Virus record (IMG/VR): IMGVR_UViG_3300025018_000091
DNA length: 64,000 bases
Origin: a virus
Taxonomy: Duplodnaviria; Caudoviricetes
Reading direction: 5' to 3' (one strand)
The position numbers and the translations under genes are program-made. Shown here in pieces: positions 10,136 to 19,622 of the stretch (positions are counted from its first letter, which is position 1; the number at the start of each line of letters is the position of its first letter). Under the pieces are notes generated by a model. The model was not told where the DNA came from, ran no database searches, and saw nothing but the letters and a program-made list of their open reading frames with translations.

Positions 10136-11500
10136 GAATCTTTTCTAATGTATCATCTACAAGAATTTCTCCATTCTCATATACAATCCTCATTACAGAC
10201 TGCGGATGCGAATCTGCAACAATAAGTTTTACTGTCTTATATTCACCATATGGAGTTTTAATCAAGTCCAAACGTCCAGCTTTTGAACGCTTGCCATCAT
10301 CTGTAATAGGATCTTTAAAGACATCAATGGATTCTTCGCCACGATTGATATGACAACATTTCATAGCGAATTTTTGCGTGTCACGATTAATCTGTTGTAG
10401 TAATGCTCCACCCATACCAAACGCGATATTGGTAGCACTAAACCCATTAGCTAATAACGCATCAAGAATCTGCTTAATGGAATCTTCATCAATGCCATCT
10501 CCTTGAAGGATTCTAACATTATTGAGAACCATATAATTCTTAGTGTTAGTTGTAGTTCCAAACTTCTCAGCAAGTAACATAGCCGTTTTCAACACTATCT
10601 CAACAGGATCCCCAGAATCGGGGCGGATTACGACCGTCGCACCGGATTTTATAAGTTCTTCACGCAGTTCCTCGCCCCATAGGTGGGAGCAAGCGTTCCA
10701 CAAATTATAAGAATCCGACACCACTGCAAGAAGCGCGCCAGGTTTCGCAAATTGAGTTAGCATATTACGATATGCTTCTATTTCATTTTCCTTACCCCAT
10801 GATGTAATCGAACTATGTTCTGCGGCTGGGATACTAAAACCTGCCATATCAATGTTATAAAATCGATTTGCGCAAACTACACCCATAACTGTGTCACTTC
10901 CCATGAAGTTAACAAGGTGAGCAGCACCACCAATCATTGCAGATTCTTTGCTTGACACTCCGCGAGAGCCAAAATCATGCAATTTGAAGTTAATTTCTGC
11001 CTTTGGGTCATCAGAGGACTTAACTAAAGCATTAAAAATAATGTTTTTAATTGTATAGCTTCTGGTACAAACTGTAGTTGGATACCAGACATATCTCATT
11101 AGGGATGTTTCAAGCCACGAAACAATCCAAAAAACCTTTGGGTCTGTAGATTCTACAGTGACTAAAACGTTGTGATTGGGCACTTTAGTACCCTCTGGAA
11201 CCGCTCGGATACGAACGGGAAGTTTTCCACCAAGATCCTTGGCTATATACATCCAGCCATCATAGTTGAAAGGCTCTCCATGAGCAGCAAAAAAAACTTT
11301 TGCTTCTTCGACTTCTTCAACCGTAACTCTATGAGACAGATATTCCTTTAGATAATATTGCAATCCGAAAAATACAGTCTCAGGATACTGTCCACCACGA
11401 GATTCGATATAACTAAAAAACTCGTCGTTCCTGCGGGGTATTGCAACCAATGCGAAGCCTTATAAGAATCAGTATCTAAAATAAAATTCATTTTTGACAT
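10116..11500 (-). CDS. nadV: Nicotinamide phosphoribosyltransferase (NAMPT); 1-nt frameshift in the A6 run at 11415-11420
   Basis: True start MSKMNFILDTDSYKASH at 11500 lies in another frame; LHDFGSRG, IPAAEHS, VSDSYN, IRPDSGDP and FGMGGALLQ. Confidence 0.95.
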
Positions 11501-11522
11501 ATTACTCTCCGTATGTTTATAG

Positions 11523-11541
11523 ATTTCCCTCTCTGGGAAAT
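11523..11541 (-). promoter_or_regulatory. Leader hairpin AUUUCCC-AGAGA-GGGAAAU upstream of nadV
   Basis: Perfect 7-bp stem; same AGAGA loop as the nadM leader. Confidence 0.45.
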
Positions 11542-11557
11542 TTTGTTATATACTAAC

Positions 11558-12493
11558 TCACTTGCCATACCCCAATGATTTAAGCACTAACTCTCTTAGA
11601 AGAGCTTCTGCTAATTGGGCAGAATCACTATATCTTAGTGCAGTAGTGATAATTTTTCCACAATAAGAAACTTTAATTGTTTTATACTTACCAGAACTAA
11701 CTTCATAATAACCTTTATATACAGTCCCATCTATTTCAGATTCAACTTCATATGATGATTTCATATTACTCCTAAATTCAACCAGACTATTAATCCAACT
11801 AAAATATTGTTCTACACTAAGATTTCTTTTTGCAAGATTACATATTTTACAACAGGGAACACAGTTATCCATTGTATAGCCAACTAAATTATCAACCCTA
11901 TCAATTCCATTATATTCAAATTCTCGATATTCAAATACAGTCTGCATTTTTAATAGGTTAGATTTTGTCAATCCACAGTAAAAACATGGTTTTAAAATAA
12001 TTTTTTCAAAATCATCTTTACCAATTTCAAAAGATAATTTTCTATTTTTAGCACCATTTTTATATCTGGTATATAATGTAGTTAATGCAACATCTTTTGT
12101 AGGTTTTCTAAATTTTTCAGCTTTTAACTCCTCTTTTTTACACCCGCAACTCTTTACCAAACCTTTTGTAAGATAATAGCTTTTAACTTCAGTAATATTA
12201 CCGCAAATACAATCACAAAGCCAAAGCACCTCACCTCTATCATTTTTAGATAATGCTATTTTTTTTACCGTAAGAAAGCCAAATGTTTTACCAATAAGAT
12301 TCTGCGCCCTTGTTGAACATAAAGTACCACCACAACTAGACGTTCTTCCATTCAAAAGGTCATATGAACTTGTTTTTATTTCTTTTCCACACTCACATTT
12401 GGCTAAAATTCTTTTTCTTGGTGGTAAATCACAATGTATGACCGTAAGTATACCGAATTTTCGCCCAGTTAAATCTATTGGTTTTTTTGGCAC
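11558..12493 (-). CDS. HNH-type free-standing homing endonuclease between nadM and nadV
   Basis: DLTGRKFGILTV and WLCDCICG repeats; NGIDRVDN...GYTMDNCVPCCKICN. Confidence 0.8.
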   Translation of the reverse strand: MPKKPIDLTGRKFGILTVIHCDLPPRKRILAKCECGKEIKTSSYDLLNGRTSSCGGTLCSTRAQNLIGKTFGFLTVKKIALSKNDRGEVLWLCDCICGNITEVKSYYLTKGLVKSCGCKKEELKAEKFRKPTKDVALTTLYTRYKNGAKNRKLSFEIGKDDFEKIILKPCFYCGLTKSNLLKMQTVFEYREFEYNGIDRVDNLVGYTMDNCVPCCKICNLAKRNLSVEQYFSWINSLVEFRSNMKSSYEVESEIDGTVYKGYYEVSSGKYKTIKVSYCGKIITTALRYSDSAQLAEALLRELVLKSLGYGK

Positions 12494-12505
12494 ATCATCT
12501 CCACA

Positions 12506-13522
12506 TTAAAAACGGTTGCAATAATATGCAATAATATGCCAATGATCTTCAAAGAACTCAGCTTCTCTTGTATAGAATTCGCTCAAAGGCATCCACCAAG
12601 CTTTATCTGCATCATCATTACCCTTTACTTGCGGCAATGGTCCAGATTTCAGATTGATAAGAAATGCATGAGTAATTGTTCTGCCTCTTAGAGAACGATC
12701 TGGGTGATCGAAAACTCTTTGGTCAATGATAGCGGAATCTAAATCTTCCTTAGAAACTTTAATACCAGTTTCTTCTTTTAGCTCTCTAATTGCTCCAACC
12801 TTAATCTTTTCATTTTGATTAAGGAACCCGCCAGGTAATGCAATAAGACCTTTGCCTAGATTACCTCTGCGTCTTACAACCAGAACATGCCCACTTTTGA
12901 TAACTACAGAATCAACTGTAACAAAAGTAGGAGGGAAAGGAGCGCCTTCCCAAGCAACAGAATATTGCTTAATGAAGTTATACTCATCTTTCAACTTAGA
13001 AAAAGTTGGAGTATTCTTGAAACTCTCCAGATAATCACCAACTTCTTCAGTTACATATTTCTTATACGCAATATCATGAGTGAAATACAGTCTTCGCAAA
13101 TCTGTTGCATGAGGATATTTATCGATATTCTTCATTGAAATCAATTTCCATTGAGGAAACAATTTCAGATAAAAAGAACTTCGATCATGATCATGACCAA
13201 TGATAGCGATATTGTCAGACCCGTTAGTCTTTTCGTATACCTTTTGCTGCAAATCAGTGAGCCAGAGATTATCATTATATAGATAGTCTCTCATAAAAAT
13301 AGTAGTAACACGCTCATTATCTTCTTTAGATAGAGAGTTACTAATCATTTGGGCGCGCTGATCTGCTGTCCAAGGATTTTTAATGTCTGGAGCCTTGTTG
13401 TGACTCCCAATTACAACAATAACTTTCTCTGCCTGATTAAGAGCTTCTGTTAGCAACTCTTTATGAGCAAGATGAAATGGTTGAAATCTGCCGATAAAAA
13501 TACAATATTCATATAATTTCAT
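12506..13522 (-). CDS. nadM: Bifunctional NMN adenylyltransferase / ADP-ribose pyrophosphatase (NadM-Nudix)
   Basis: IGRFQPFHLAH (HxGH-like motif) and Nudix box GGFLNQNEKIKVGAIRELKEETG. Confidence 0.95.
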   Translation of the reverse strand: MKLYEYCIFIGRFQPFHLAHKELLTEALNQAEKVIVVIGSHNKAPDIKNPWTADQRAQMISNSLSKEDNERVTTIFMRDYLYNDNLWLTDLQQKVYEKTNGSDNIAIIGHDHDRSSFYLKLFPQWKLISMKNIDKYPHATDLRRLYFTHDIAYKKYVTEEVGDYLESFKNTPTFSKLKDEYNFIKQYSVAWEGAPFPPTFVTVDSVVIKSGHVLVVRRRGNLGKGLIALPGGFLNQNEKIKVGAIRELKEETGIKVSKEDLDSAIIDQRVFDHPDRSLRGRTITHAFLINLKSGPLPQVKGNDDADKAWWMPLSEFYTREAEFFEDHWHIIAYYCNRF

Positions 13523-13579
13523 TGAACACTCTCCGTGTACGCTAGTCTCAATTTATAGAGTATTGAGCGACTATTATTA

Positions 13580-13594
13580 CCCTCTCTCTGAGGG
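13580..13594 (-). promoter_or_regulatory. Leader hairpin CCCUC-AGAGA-GAGGG upstream of nadM
   Basis: Perfect 5-bp stem with AGAGA loop, shared with the nadV leader. Confidence 0.45.
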
Positions 13595-13664
13595 CTCAAA
13601 CCTATATATATCAGGTCCTATCTAAATGGCAAGATAGCCATAGCTTTTCCCGCCTTGCACAACT

Positions 13665-13692
13665 AATGTAATTTTTTAAAATGCCGGGTCAA
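13665..13692 (-). promoter_or_regulatory. Sigma70-like promoter TTGACC-N16-TACATT
   Basis: One of nine similar sites in the window. Confidence 0.6.
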
Positions 13693-13789
13693 GTCGCTGG
13701 TAATTTTTAACTAAAGAATAGAAATTTTTTAACATTAAACGGATCTTGCATGGGCTCACCGTACTTAGATATGTTCAGTTTCGTCAAAC

Positions 13790-13820
13790 AAAAAAGGCGA
13801 TGCTTACGCAATCGCCCTTT
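13790..13820 (-). terminator. Rho-independent terminator
   Basis: AAGGGCGAT...ATCGCC hairpin followed by a T run, downstream of ORF 13840-14715. Confidence 0.6.
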
Positions 13821-13839
13821 AATAACTTATAGAATAAAC

Positions 13840-14715
13840 TTAAAATCTACTTATCAATTCCTGTGGAACCCTTCTAAATACCCTATATTTTGGTTGAGTA
13901 TCAATTCGAGGGGTTCCCTTTAAATTAATCATCTTCTTCTGAGCATCTCCTGGGAATCCAGTTTGATCACTATTAGTGTTAGCATAACCCATACTTTCTA
14001 ACTTAGTTTTTAACTCGTCCCACCAAACATACTTTACTCTAAGTGTTGTGGCAAGTTTTGGCTTAGTTAGACCCTTTGCATATGTGATATTTTGACTAAC
14101 ATAACTACCTGCGCCAACTGATGCTAAACTCTTGAAATCAGAAGACAGTCTTCCTTCATCAAGATCAAATGACTCGGAATCACAATCAGAGATTTCATCA
14201 AACCCTCTGCTATCTGCACACTTTGTATCACGGCATATAGATTTATCAACTAAACGCCTACGAGTACGATCATAAGAATTATACTTATAATTTAGACGAA
14301 CAGGTTCTACATAACCTTCTCCAAATACAGCAACAGCAATAATACCACGATCAGATATGTCACCACGAGCATGTAATGCTACACTATTCTCTGCACTAGT
14401 GAAAACAAATGCCGCACCACCATTCTTAGATTCTGGCCAAGCCTTTAATTGTAATGTACCATAAGCATTAACTAACCACATCTGGCTATCAGGATCAGTT
14501 GTGGCAGGATCTCCAGATAAAACATCTGTTCCATCTACAGAAACTTTTACTTGTACTCTATTACCAGAGTTATTCTTAAACTTAATCTCAAACGGCTCAT
14601 CTCCCCAAGCACCAATAGTATCTACACCATCTATTACATATTTCTTTAATGGACGATTTCTATATGTAGGATGTTGACTTATGATTTCTAGAGTGTAATA
14701 TTTTGACTTAAACAT
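13840..14715 (-). CDS. Hypothetical protein with VSVDGTDV and GIIAVAVF motifs
   Basis: 291 aa ORF with AAGGAG RBS. Confidence 0.65.
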   Translation of the reverse strand: MFKSKYYTLEIISQHPTYRNRPLKKYVIDGVDTIGAWGDEPFEIKFKNNSGNRVQVKVSVDGTDVLSGDPATTDPDSQMWLVNAYGTLQLKAWPESKNGGAAFVFTSAENSVALHARGDISDRGIIAVAVFGEGYVEPVRLNYKYNSYDRTRRRLVDKSICRDTKCADSRGFDEISDCDSESFDLDEGRLSSDFKSLASVGAGSYVSQNITYAKGLTKPKLATTLRVKYVWWDELKTKLESMGYANTNSDQTGFPGDAQKKMINLKGTPRIDTQPKYRVFRRVPQELISRF

Positions 14716-14820
14716 TGGCTTGCTCCTTAATTGTTAGCCTCAACAAATTATATATCAGATCTTTCATAGAAATTATCATTTTTTATCAAACATAGCAAAA
14801 TTAATTTCATTGTTTGATAT

Positions 14821-15429
14821 TTAAGATAGTTTTTCGAACAACTTCATATCACCATTGCAGTATAACTTGAGTTTTTCAAGCCAAGCTTTTGATTTAATCT
14901 TGAAACGAACAACTTGATTTTTATTAACTCCCTTACAAACAACGCCTTCAAACGTCATTCCCTTTAGAGTAGAATTTTTTACCTTGTCAACAAAGATAGA
15001 ATTAACTCTTCCTTCAAATAAGACGTTAGGTATATCTAAATGTTGAAATGTTCTAATGAATTCTCTTGGCTCCATCATCCCTCGTTTATAAGGATTTACA
15101 TCAAACAATGTTACTGTTTGAGTTTCATCTTCAATATGTCTTCCAGCAAAAGAATTAGGACCATGATATTCAAAGAAGCATATGACATCACGCCATTTGT
15201 TTTCCTTGAATATCATAGCCAAATCTTCTTCGTATTTTTCTCGAATAATTGGAATTGAATTGCCTAAAGGCTTACTATTCTCATCAATTAGCTGATTTCG
15301 GCTACCGAACTTATAAAAACCTCTTTTAGAGTTCCATTCGGCTCGAATATTATTCCCATCTAGTTTATCAAAAGCATAAATATGGATATCATTTTGAATA
15401 TCCTTTGTGATTGTCGGATACGTTTTCAT
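14821..15429 (-). CDS. ATP-dependent RNA ligase-like nucleotidyltransferase (Rnl2-like)
   Basis: Motif I DKLDGNN, FFEYHG, LFDV, FEGVVCK and RFKIKS. Confidence 0.7.
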   Translation of the reverse strand: MKTYPTITKDIQNDIHIYAFDKLDGNNIRAEWNSKRGFYKFGSRNQLIDENSKPLGNSIPIIREKYEEDLAMIFKENKWRDVICFFEYHGPNSFAGRHIEDETQTVTLFDVNPYKRGMMEPREFIRTFQHLDIPNVLFEGRVNSIFVDKVKNSTLKGMTFEGVVCKGVNKNQVVRFKIKSKAWLEKLKLYCNGDMKLFEKLS

Positions 15430-15638
15430 CTTGTATTTCTTTAATTATGCATCTCTTGATGCAAAATACCTTATAATCTTTATGAAATTTCTTTGTAGCT
15501 TTATTCTCTGCACTTTTTGAGTTTCTAGCTTCTACATTAAAATTACGACGCTCTTCATAATCAAAACCATTGAAACTTTCTCTATCAAATATAATTTCAA
15601 TAAGATATTTCTTCATAACATATCCAAATTAATATTGA

Positions 15639-15917
15639 TTATAGAACACAATATACTTGATCTTCGCGCATAAGCAATAATTTTTGCCCATCCACTGTAA
15701 TTTCTGTAGCCATATTCTTGTTAAAAGCTACAACATCATCAACTGCGATCTCTAGTGGTACAGATACTCCACCAGATGTTAAATGTCCAGACCCAACAGC
15801 AACAACTTTTCCAGTAGATACCTTCTCTTCTGCTGCCACAAGAAATAAACCACTTGGGGTTGTTTCTTCTGCGTCATTTTTACTAACCAAAATCATATTT
15901 CTTACAGGTTTTACCAT
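15639..15917 (-). CDS. groES: Co-chaperonin GroES
   Basis: KPVRNMILV, TPSGLFL, GKVVAVGSG and LLMREDQV. Confidence 0.92.
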   Translation of the reverse strand: MVKPVRNMILVSKNDAEETTPSGLFLVAAEEKVSTGKVVAVGSGHLTSGGVSVPLEIAVDDVVAFNKNMATEITVDGQKLLLMREDQVYCVL

Positions 15918-15942
15918 GTTATTTCTCCTAACAAACAATATA

Positions 15943-16461
15943 TCAATAACTGTTTGATTCAATATTTTTAATTAACTGTTCAAAACAAAACTTAATCTTT
16001 CTTCTCTCGCAATCTTCGTCAAACCTAATATCAAACTCGTAAACATTTTCATAAGGTGAAAAGTCCAACGCTTTGATTTTTAATATCTTACAAGCACTTT
16101 TTATAAGAACATTAGGCACGGCTTGGTCACTTACCAAGCATTCTTCCTTTGCAATATTTAGAATTTTTATTCTTAGATTGCTATAATACAACCGCTTATA
16201 TTTTTCTAATTTATCAGGAGAGAAATTGAAATGTTAACAATATTCAAAGAATGGCTGATTGCCACGTTTGTTATTGCATTCGGCACAAGACACTGTAAGA
16301 TTTGTAGTATTAAATGTACCTCTCTTACTGCCAGGAACAATATGTTCCATTGTAACAGTCTCTAACGTAAGTGGTATATCACAATAACAACAGACTAAAC
16401 CGTCTCTAACAATAACCGACTCTCTAATTCTCTTTTGGCGACGTCTTTCTTGAGCACCCAT
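15943..16461 (-). CDS. HNH-domain protein interrupted by an in-frame TAA at 16234-16236
   Basis: CCYC...TMEHIVP...NLTVSCAECNNKRG; the frame continues past TAA (HFNFSPDKLEKYKRL) into ORF 15943-16191. Confidence 0.65.
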
Positions 16462-16471
16462 AAATATATCC

Positions 16472-17116
16472 TCATCCTAAATGTGATGTATCATTAATAC
16501 AATGCAAACGCCACCCCTTATCTCCAAAAGATAATTCAGTAATAGATGTATTATCTATCTCTATCTTCCATGTAAAACTCTTATCAAACCCCATTACATA
16601 ATGTAATAAACTTTTAATTGTTACGCCGTGAGAAAATACTGCAATACCTAATGGTTTATCCAACCCATACAAATACTCCAACTTATCCTTATTATATAAG
16701 ATTTCTTCTTCTAGCCATTTAGATGCCCTGCGCTCGACCATATTTTGAGATTCACCACCGGGTGGTTTAAATCCCATATTCATATAACCCATTCTTAATA
16801 AGATATCTTTTGTTACAGTTTTACTCCTACTGCACTCGGTCCAATCACCAGCATCATATTCTACTAATTCGGGAACCGTTATTATCTTAGATTCTGGGAA
16901 AACTATTTTTGCAGTATCTAGCGCCCTAATACAAGTAGAAGAAAACACATAATCAAAATAACTATGTACTAGTTTTCTACGCAAACAATCTGCTTGATAT
17001 CTACCATATTCAGTAAGTTTCGTATCGGGTAATTGTCCCATTATATCTGGTTGAATATTAACTTCTGATTCGCCATGACGAATAAGATATAAATTAAAAG
17101 CCATATTATCAAGCAT
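16472..17116 (-). CDS. Histidine phosphatase family protein
   Basis: LIRHGES, SSTCIRALDTA and FSHG. Confidence 0.9.
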   Translation of the reverse strand: MLDNMAFNLYLIRHGESEVNIQPDIMGQLPDTKLTEYGRYQADCLRRKLVHSYFDYVFSSTCIRALDTAKIVFPESKIITVPELVEYDAGDWTECSRSKTVTKDILLRMGYMNMGFKPPGGESQNMVERRASKWLEEEILYNKDKLEYLYGLDKPLGIAVFSHGVTIKSLLHYVMGFDKSFTWKIEIDNTSITELSFGDKGWRLHCINDTSHLG

Positions 17117-17507
17117 CTTGTGTTGTTCTTCCTACTGTAAGATGAAGTCCGAATTGCGGATCTCTTTTTAGCCCATACTTCTCGCGCAAATCATTAAGAT
17201 ATTTACACTTAACATTAAGCCAATAATACTCACCATTATCTCGAACACCTGGTTCATATTCAAATTCAACTATTTTATTAGCATCCATTTTCCATAGATT
17301 ATAATTAGGAATGCGTTCTCCACGAATAATAGAAATATGCGTTCCCCATACAGGTCTAGTAAGTTTGCCCAAATAAGGATATTCACGATAGAATAAACAT
17401 CTATAATATTCAGATATTGAATCATCAGCCATAAGAACAAGCCAACGATCAGAAGATGCAAGATGCGTTCTTGGAGAATATACTAATTTCCCAATTGACT
17501 TAAACAT
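17109..17507 (-). CDS. 2H phosphoesterase-like protein
   Basis: Two HxS/T motifs: THISI and LHLTVG. Confidence 0.7.
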   Translation of the reverse strand: MFKSIGKLVYSPRTHLASSDRWLVLMADDSISEYYRCLFYREYPYLGKLTRPVWGTHISIIRGERIPNYNLWKMDANKIVEFEYEPGVRDNGEYYWLNVKCKYLNDLREKYGLKRDPQFGLHLTVGRTTQDA

Positions 17508-17530
17508 TATTAATTACCAAACTATAATCT

Positions 17531-17824
17531 TTATTCTTCAGCATTAGCTATTTCAGCTAACACTTCACCGTGACAACTCTGTGGCGCACACCAACATCCC
17601 AATATCTTTCCTTTTAATTCTTTCTTTACCGCCTCTAAAAGCCAAGGCGTCGCAAGTAAATAGTTTCTAAAACACTCTATGGCTTCTTCTCTAGTTTCTA
17701 CTTGACATTCTGCTAAAGTTCCACCTCTATGAGAAAATGGATTGCCCCACTTAGATGGTCGTCCTATATAAACATCGTACTTATCTTTTTTACAATGTAC
17801 TACATATTTTGAATACTTACTCAT
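17531..17824 (-). CDS. DUF4326 family protein
   Basis: DVYIGRPSKWGNPF and ELKGKILGCWCAPQSCHGEVL. Confidence 0.9.
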   Translation of the reverse strand: MSKYSKYVVHCKKDKYDVYIGRPSKWGNPFSHRGGTLAECQVETREEAIECFRNYLLATPWLLEAVKKELKGKILGCWCAPQSCHGEVLAEIANAEE

Positions 17825-18258
17825 AAGAATGCTTTTAACTTACCCAATTTATGTAATGCTTTCAATAAAATGCTACAGCTATCCACTATTTTATACACAT
17901 CATCCATTTCAACTATAGAAGTAGCATCAGGATATTTGAAAAACATTATTCGTATTTCTGGAAATATCTTAAATCTAGAATCCGATCCTACATAAATCTC
18001 TTTTTTATCTATGATTTCAGTACTAGATCTCCTAAGATCAAAAATACGCACAGTGACCCTTATCGCTGGCGTATAAAAAAATCCTTTTGAATTAATTGAT
18101 GCAAGATTATATGGAAAAGTTCTAACCTCTAACAAAAAATCATGCATATAGAATTCAAACAAATTGTCTGGTGAAGCTTTAATATATTGAATAGATTGTT
18201 TTTTAAATTTAGATAAATCTAAATTATCACCAAAATCATACCTATATCTATATTGCAT
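17821..18258 (-). CDS. Hypothetical protein
   Basis: 145 aa ORF ending in the recurrent ...LKAF tail. Confidence 0.55.
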   Translation of the reverse strand: MQYRYRYDFGDNLDLSKFKKQSIQYIKASPDNLFEFYMHDFLLEVRTFPYNLASINSKGFFYTPAIRVTVRIFDLRRSSTEIIDKKEIYVGSDSRFKIFPEIRIMFFKYPDATSIVEMDDVYKIVDSCSILLKALHKLGKLKAFL

Positions 18259-18270
18259 AATTCATCAATC

Positions 18271-18344
18271 TGGCTCGGGAACAGAGATTCGGACTCTGAT
18301 TTTACCTGTCGGAAAGGTACGACCTACCATTAGTCGATTCCCGA
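18271..18344 (-). tRNA. tRNA with a Gln-like body but CCG (Arg) anticodon
   Basis: TACCT-TT CCG AC-AGGTA arm, T-loop TCCGAAT, CCA end. Confidence 0.6.
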
Positions 18345-19058
18345 ATTATTCATTTTTGCTATCTTATTAAAACGTTTTCTAACCGCGTTATCACTAATTC
18401 CCAGTATGCGTCCTACTTTAGAAAAACCATAATTATTAACCATTTCAATTAGGTTACTTATTTTATCCCAATCAATTTTGCCTTTACTCTTATTTGAGCA
18501 ACCAATACAACGAATAGAATTATTTTGTATTTCTTGCCCACAATCAATACATAAAGTTTGTTTATTTGCGATTGCAACATTTTTACCAGCATAATTATCT
18601 GTTTGCGCATGACAATTAGGACATAATATTCTTAAATTTTCAATCCTATTATCATTGCTAATACCATTTATATGATCAATTTGTAACGATAGTATCTTAC
18701 CATTCCACTCTGGAGGCAAATCGCACTCATAACATTTATTATCCAATAAACCTTCCTTTAATAATCTTTGTTTTAACTGTCTTCTATCATATGTAGAGCC
18801 TTCTACTAAAATATCAGATAATGATTTGGCTCCATTTGTTAGCCAAGGCATTGGTCTATTTTTATTAGATCCGTTACCAAGCCTAATATGAGAAAAATCT
18901 ATATTTTCTTTTTTCAATCTGGTTTTTAATGCTACATAATTTGCACTAGAAGTACATAATCCAAAGAATTTTAATATATCACTTAATGTATTACTGGTAG
19001 CAACCGTATTTTTTAAATCATCTACTGATGCTGTCCATATTTTATTTCTTCTATTCAT
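18330..19058 (-). CDS. HNH homing endonuclease
   Basis: LQIDHINGISNDNRIENLRILCPNCH; 3' end overlaps a tRNA. Confidence 0.9.
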   Translation of the reverse strand: MNRRNKIWTASVDDLKNTVATSNTLSDILKFFGLCTSSANYVALKTRLKKENIDFSHIRLGNGSNKNRPMPWLTNGAKSLSDILVEGSTYDRRQLKQRLLKEGLLDNKCYECDLPPEWNGKILSLQIDHINGISNDNRIENLRILCPNCHAQTDNYAGKNVAIANKQTLCIDCGQEIQNNSIRCIGCSNKSKGKIDWDKISNLIEMVNNYGFSKVGRILGISDNAVRKRFNKIAKMNNSGID

Positions 19059-19112
19059 TGACCACCAACAGGATAACTATCACCCATGTAATATATCCTG
19101 TTATTAGTAGTT

Positions 19113-19187
19113 TGGCTCGGGGTCAAGGATTCGAACCTTGATTTTATGGGTCAGAGCCACACGTCCTAACCGTTAAACGAACCCCGA
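19113..19187 (-). tRNA. tRNA-Gln(CTG)
   Basis: Cloverleaf, loop CT CTG AC, CCA. Confidence 0.9.
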
Positions 19188-19229
19188 ATAGCTACATAAC
19201 ATGTAATGTTATTGCTATGTAACTTTATA

Positions 19230-19622
19230 TTATTCCAAAAACGGATGCCAGCCTAATGTTTCAGACCAAAAACTGCAAAAATCATGATAGTTTTGAGTGA
19301 CCCTATCTTCCGTATAAGCTTTCTTAAACAAATCTAACTCTTGAAAATATGTATCCTTATCTTTTCTGAAGATATCAATTTGTTTAGACATCATATCTGC
19401 CGCTACTTTGGGCTCCCACTGAATAGCCAGAGCTGATTGTGTCTTAACTCTATGAAGCTCTTCTTTAATCTGTTTTAATTGTTTTTCTTGTGTTTGAAGT
19501 AAATCAAACATAATTTCAAAAGCAGCTGTTAAAGATTTAAAATATTCAATTGGTTCTTTTGTACCAACTGCGCCATTCATTTCATCAATAATTACTTGTG
19601 GGAAATTTACATTAGTAGGCAT
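19230..19622 (-). CDS. Hypothetical protein
   Basis: 130 aa ORF overlapping the tsf stop. Confidence 0.6.
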   Translation of the reverse strand: MPTNVNFPQVIIDEMNGAVGTKEPIEYFKSLTAAFEIMFDLLQTQEKQLKQIKEELHRVKTQSALAIQWEPKVAADMMSKQIDIFRKDKDTYFQELDLFKKAYTEDRVTQNYHDFCSFWSETLGWHPFLE

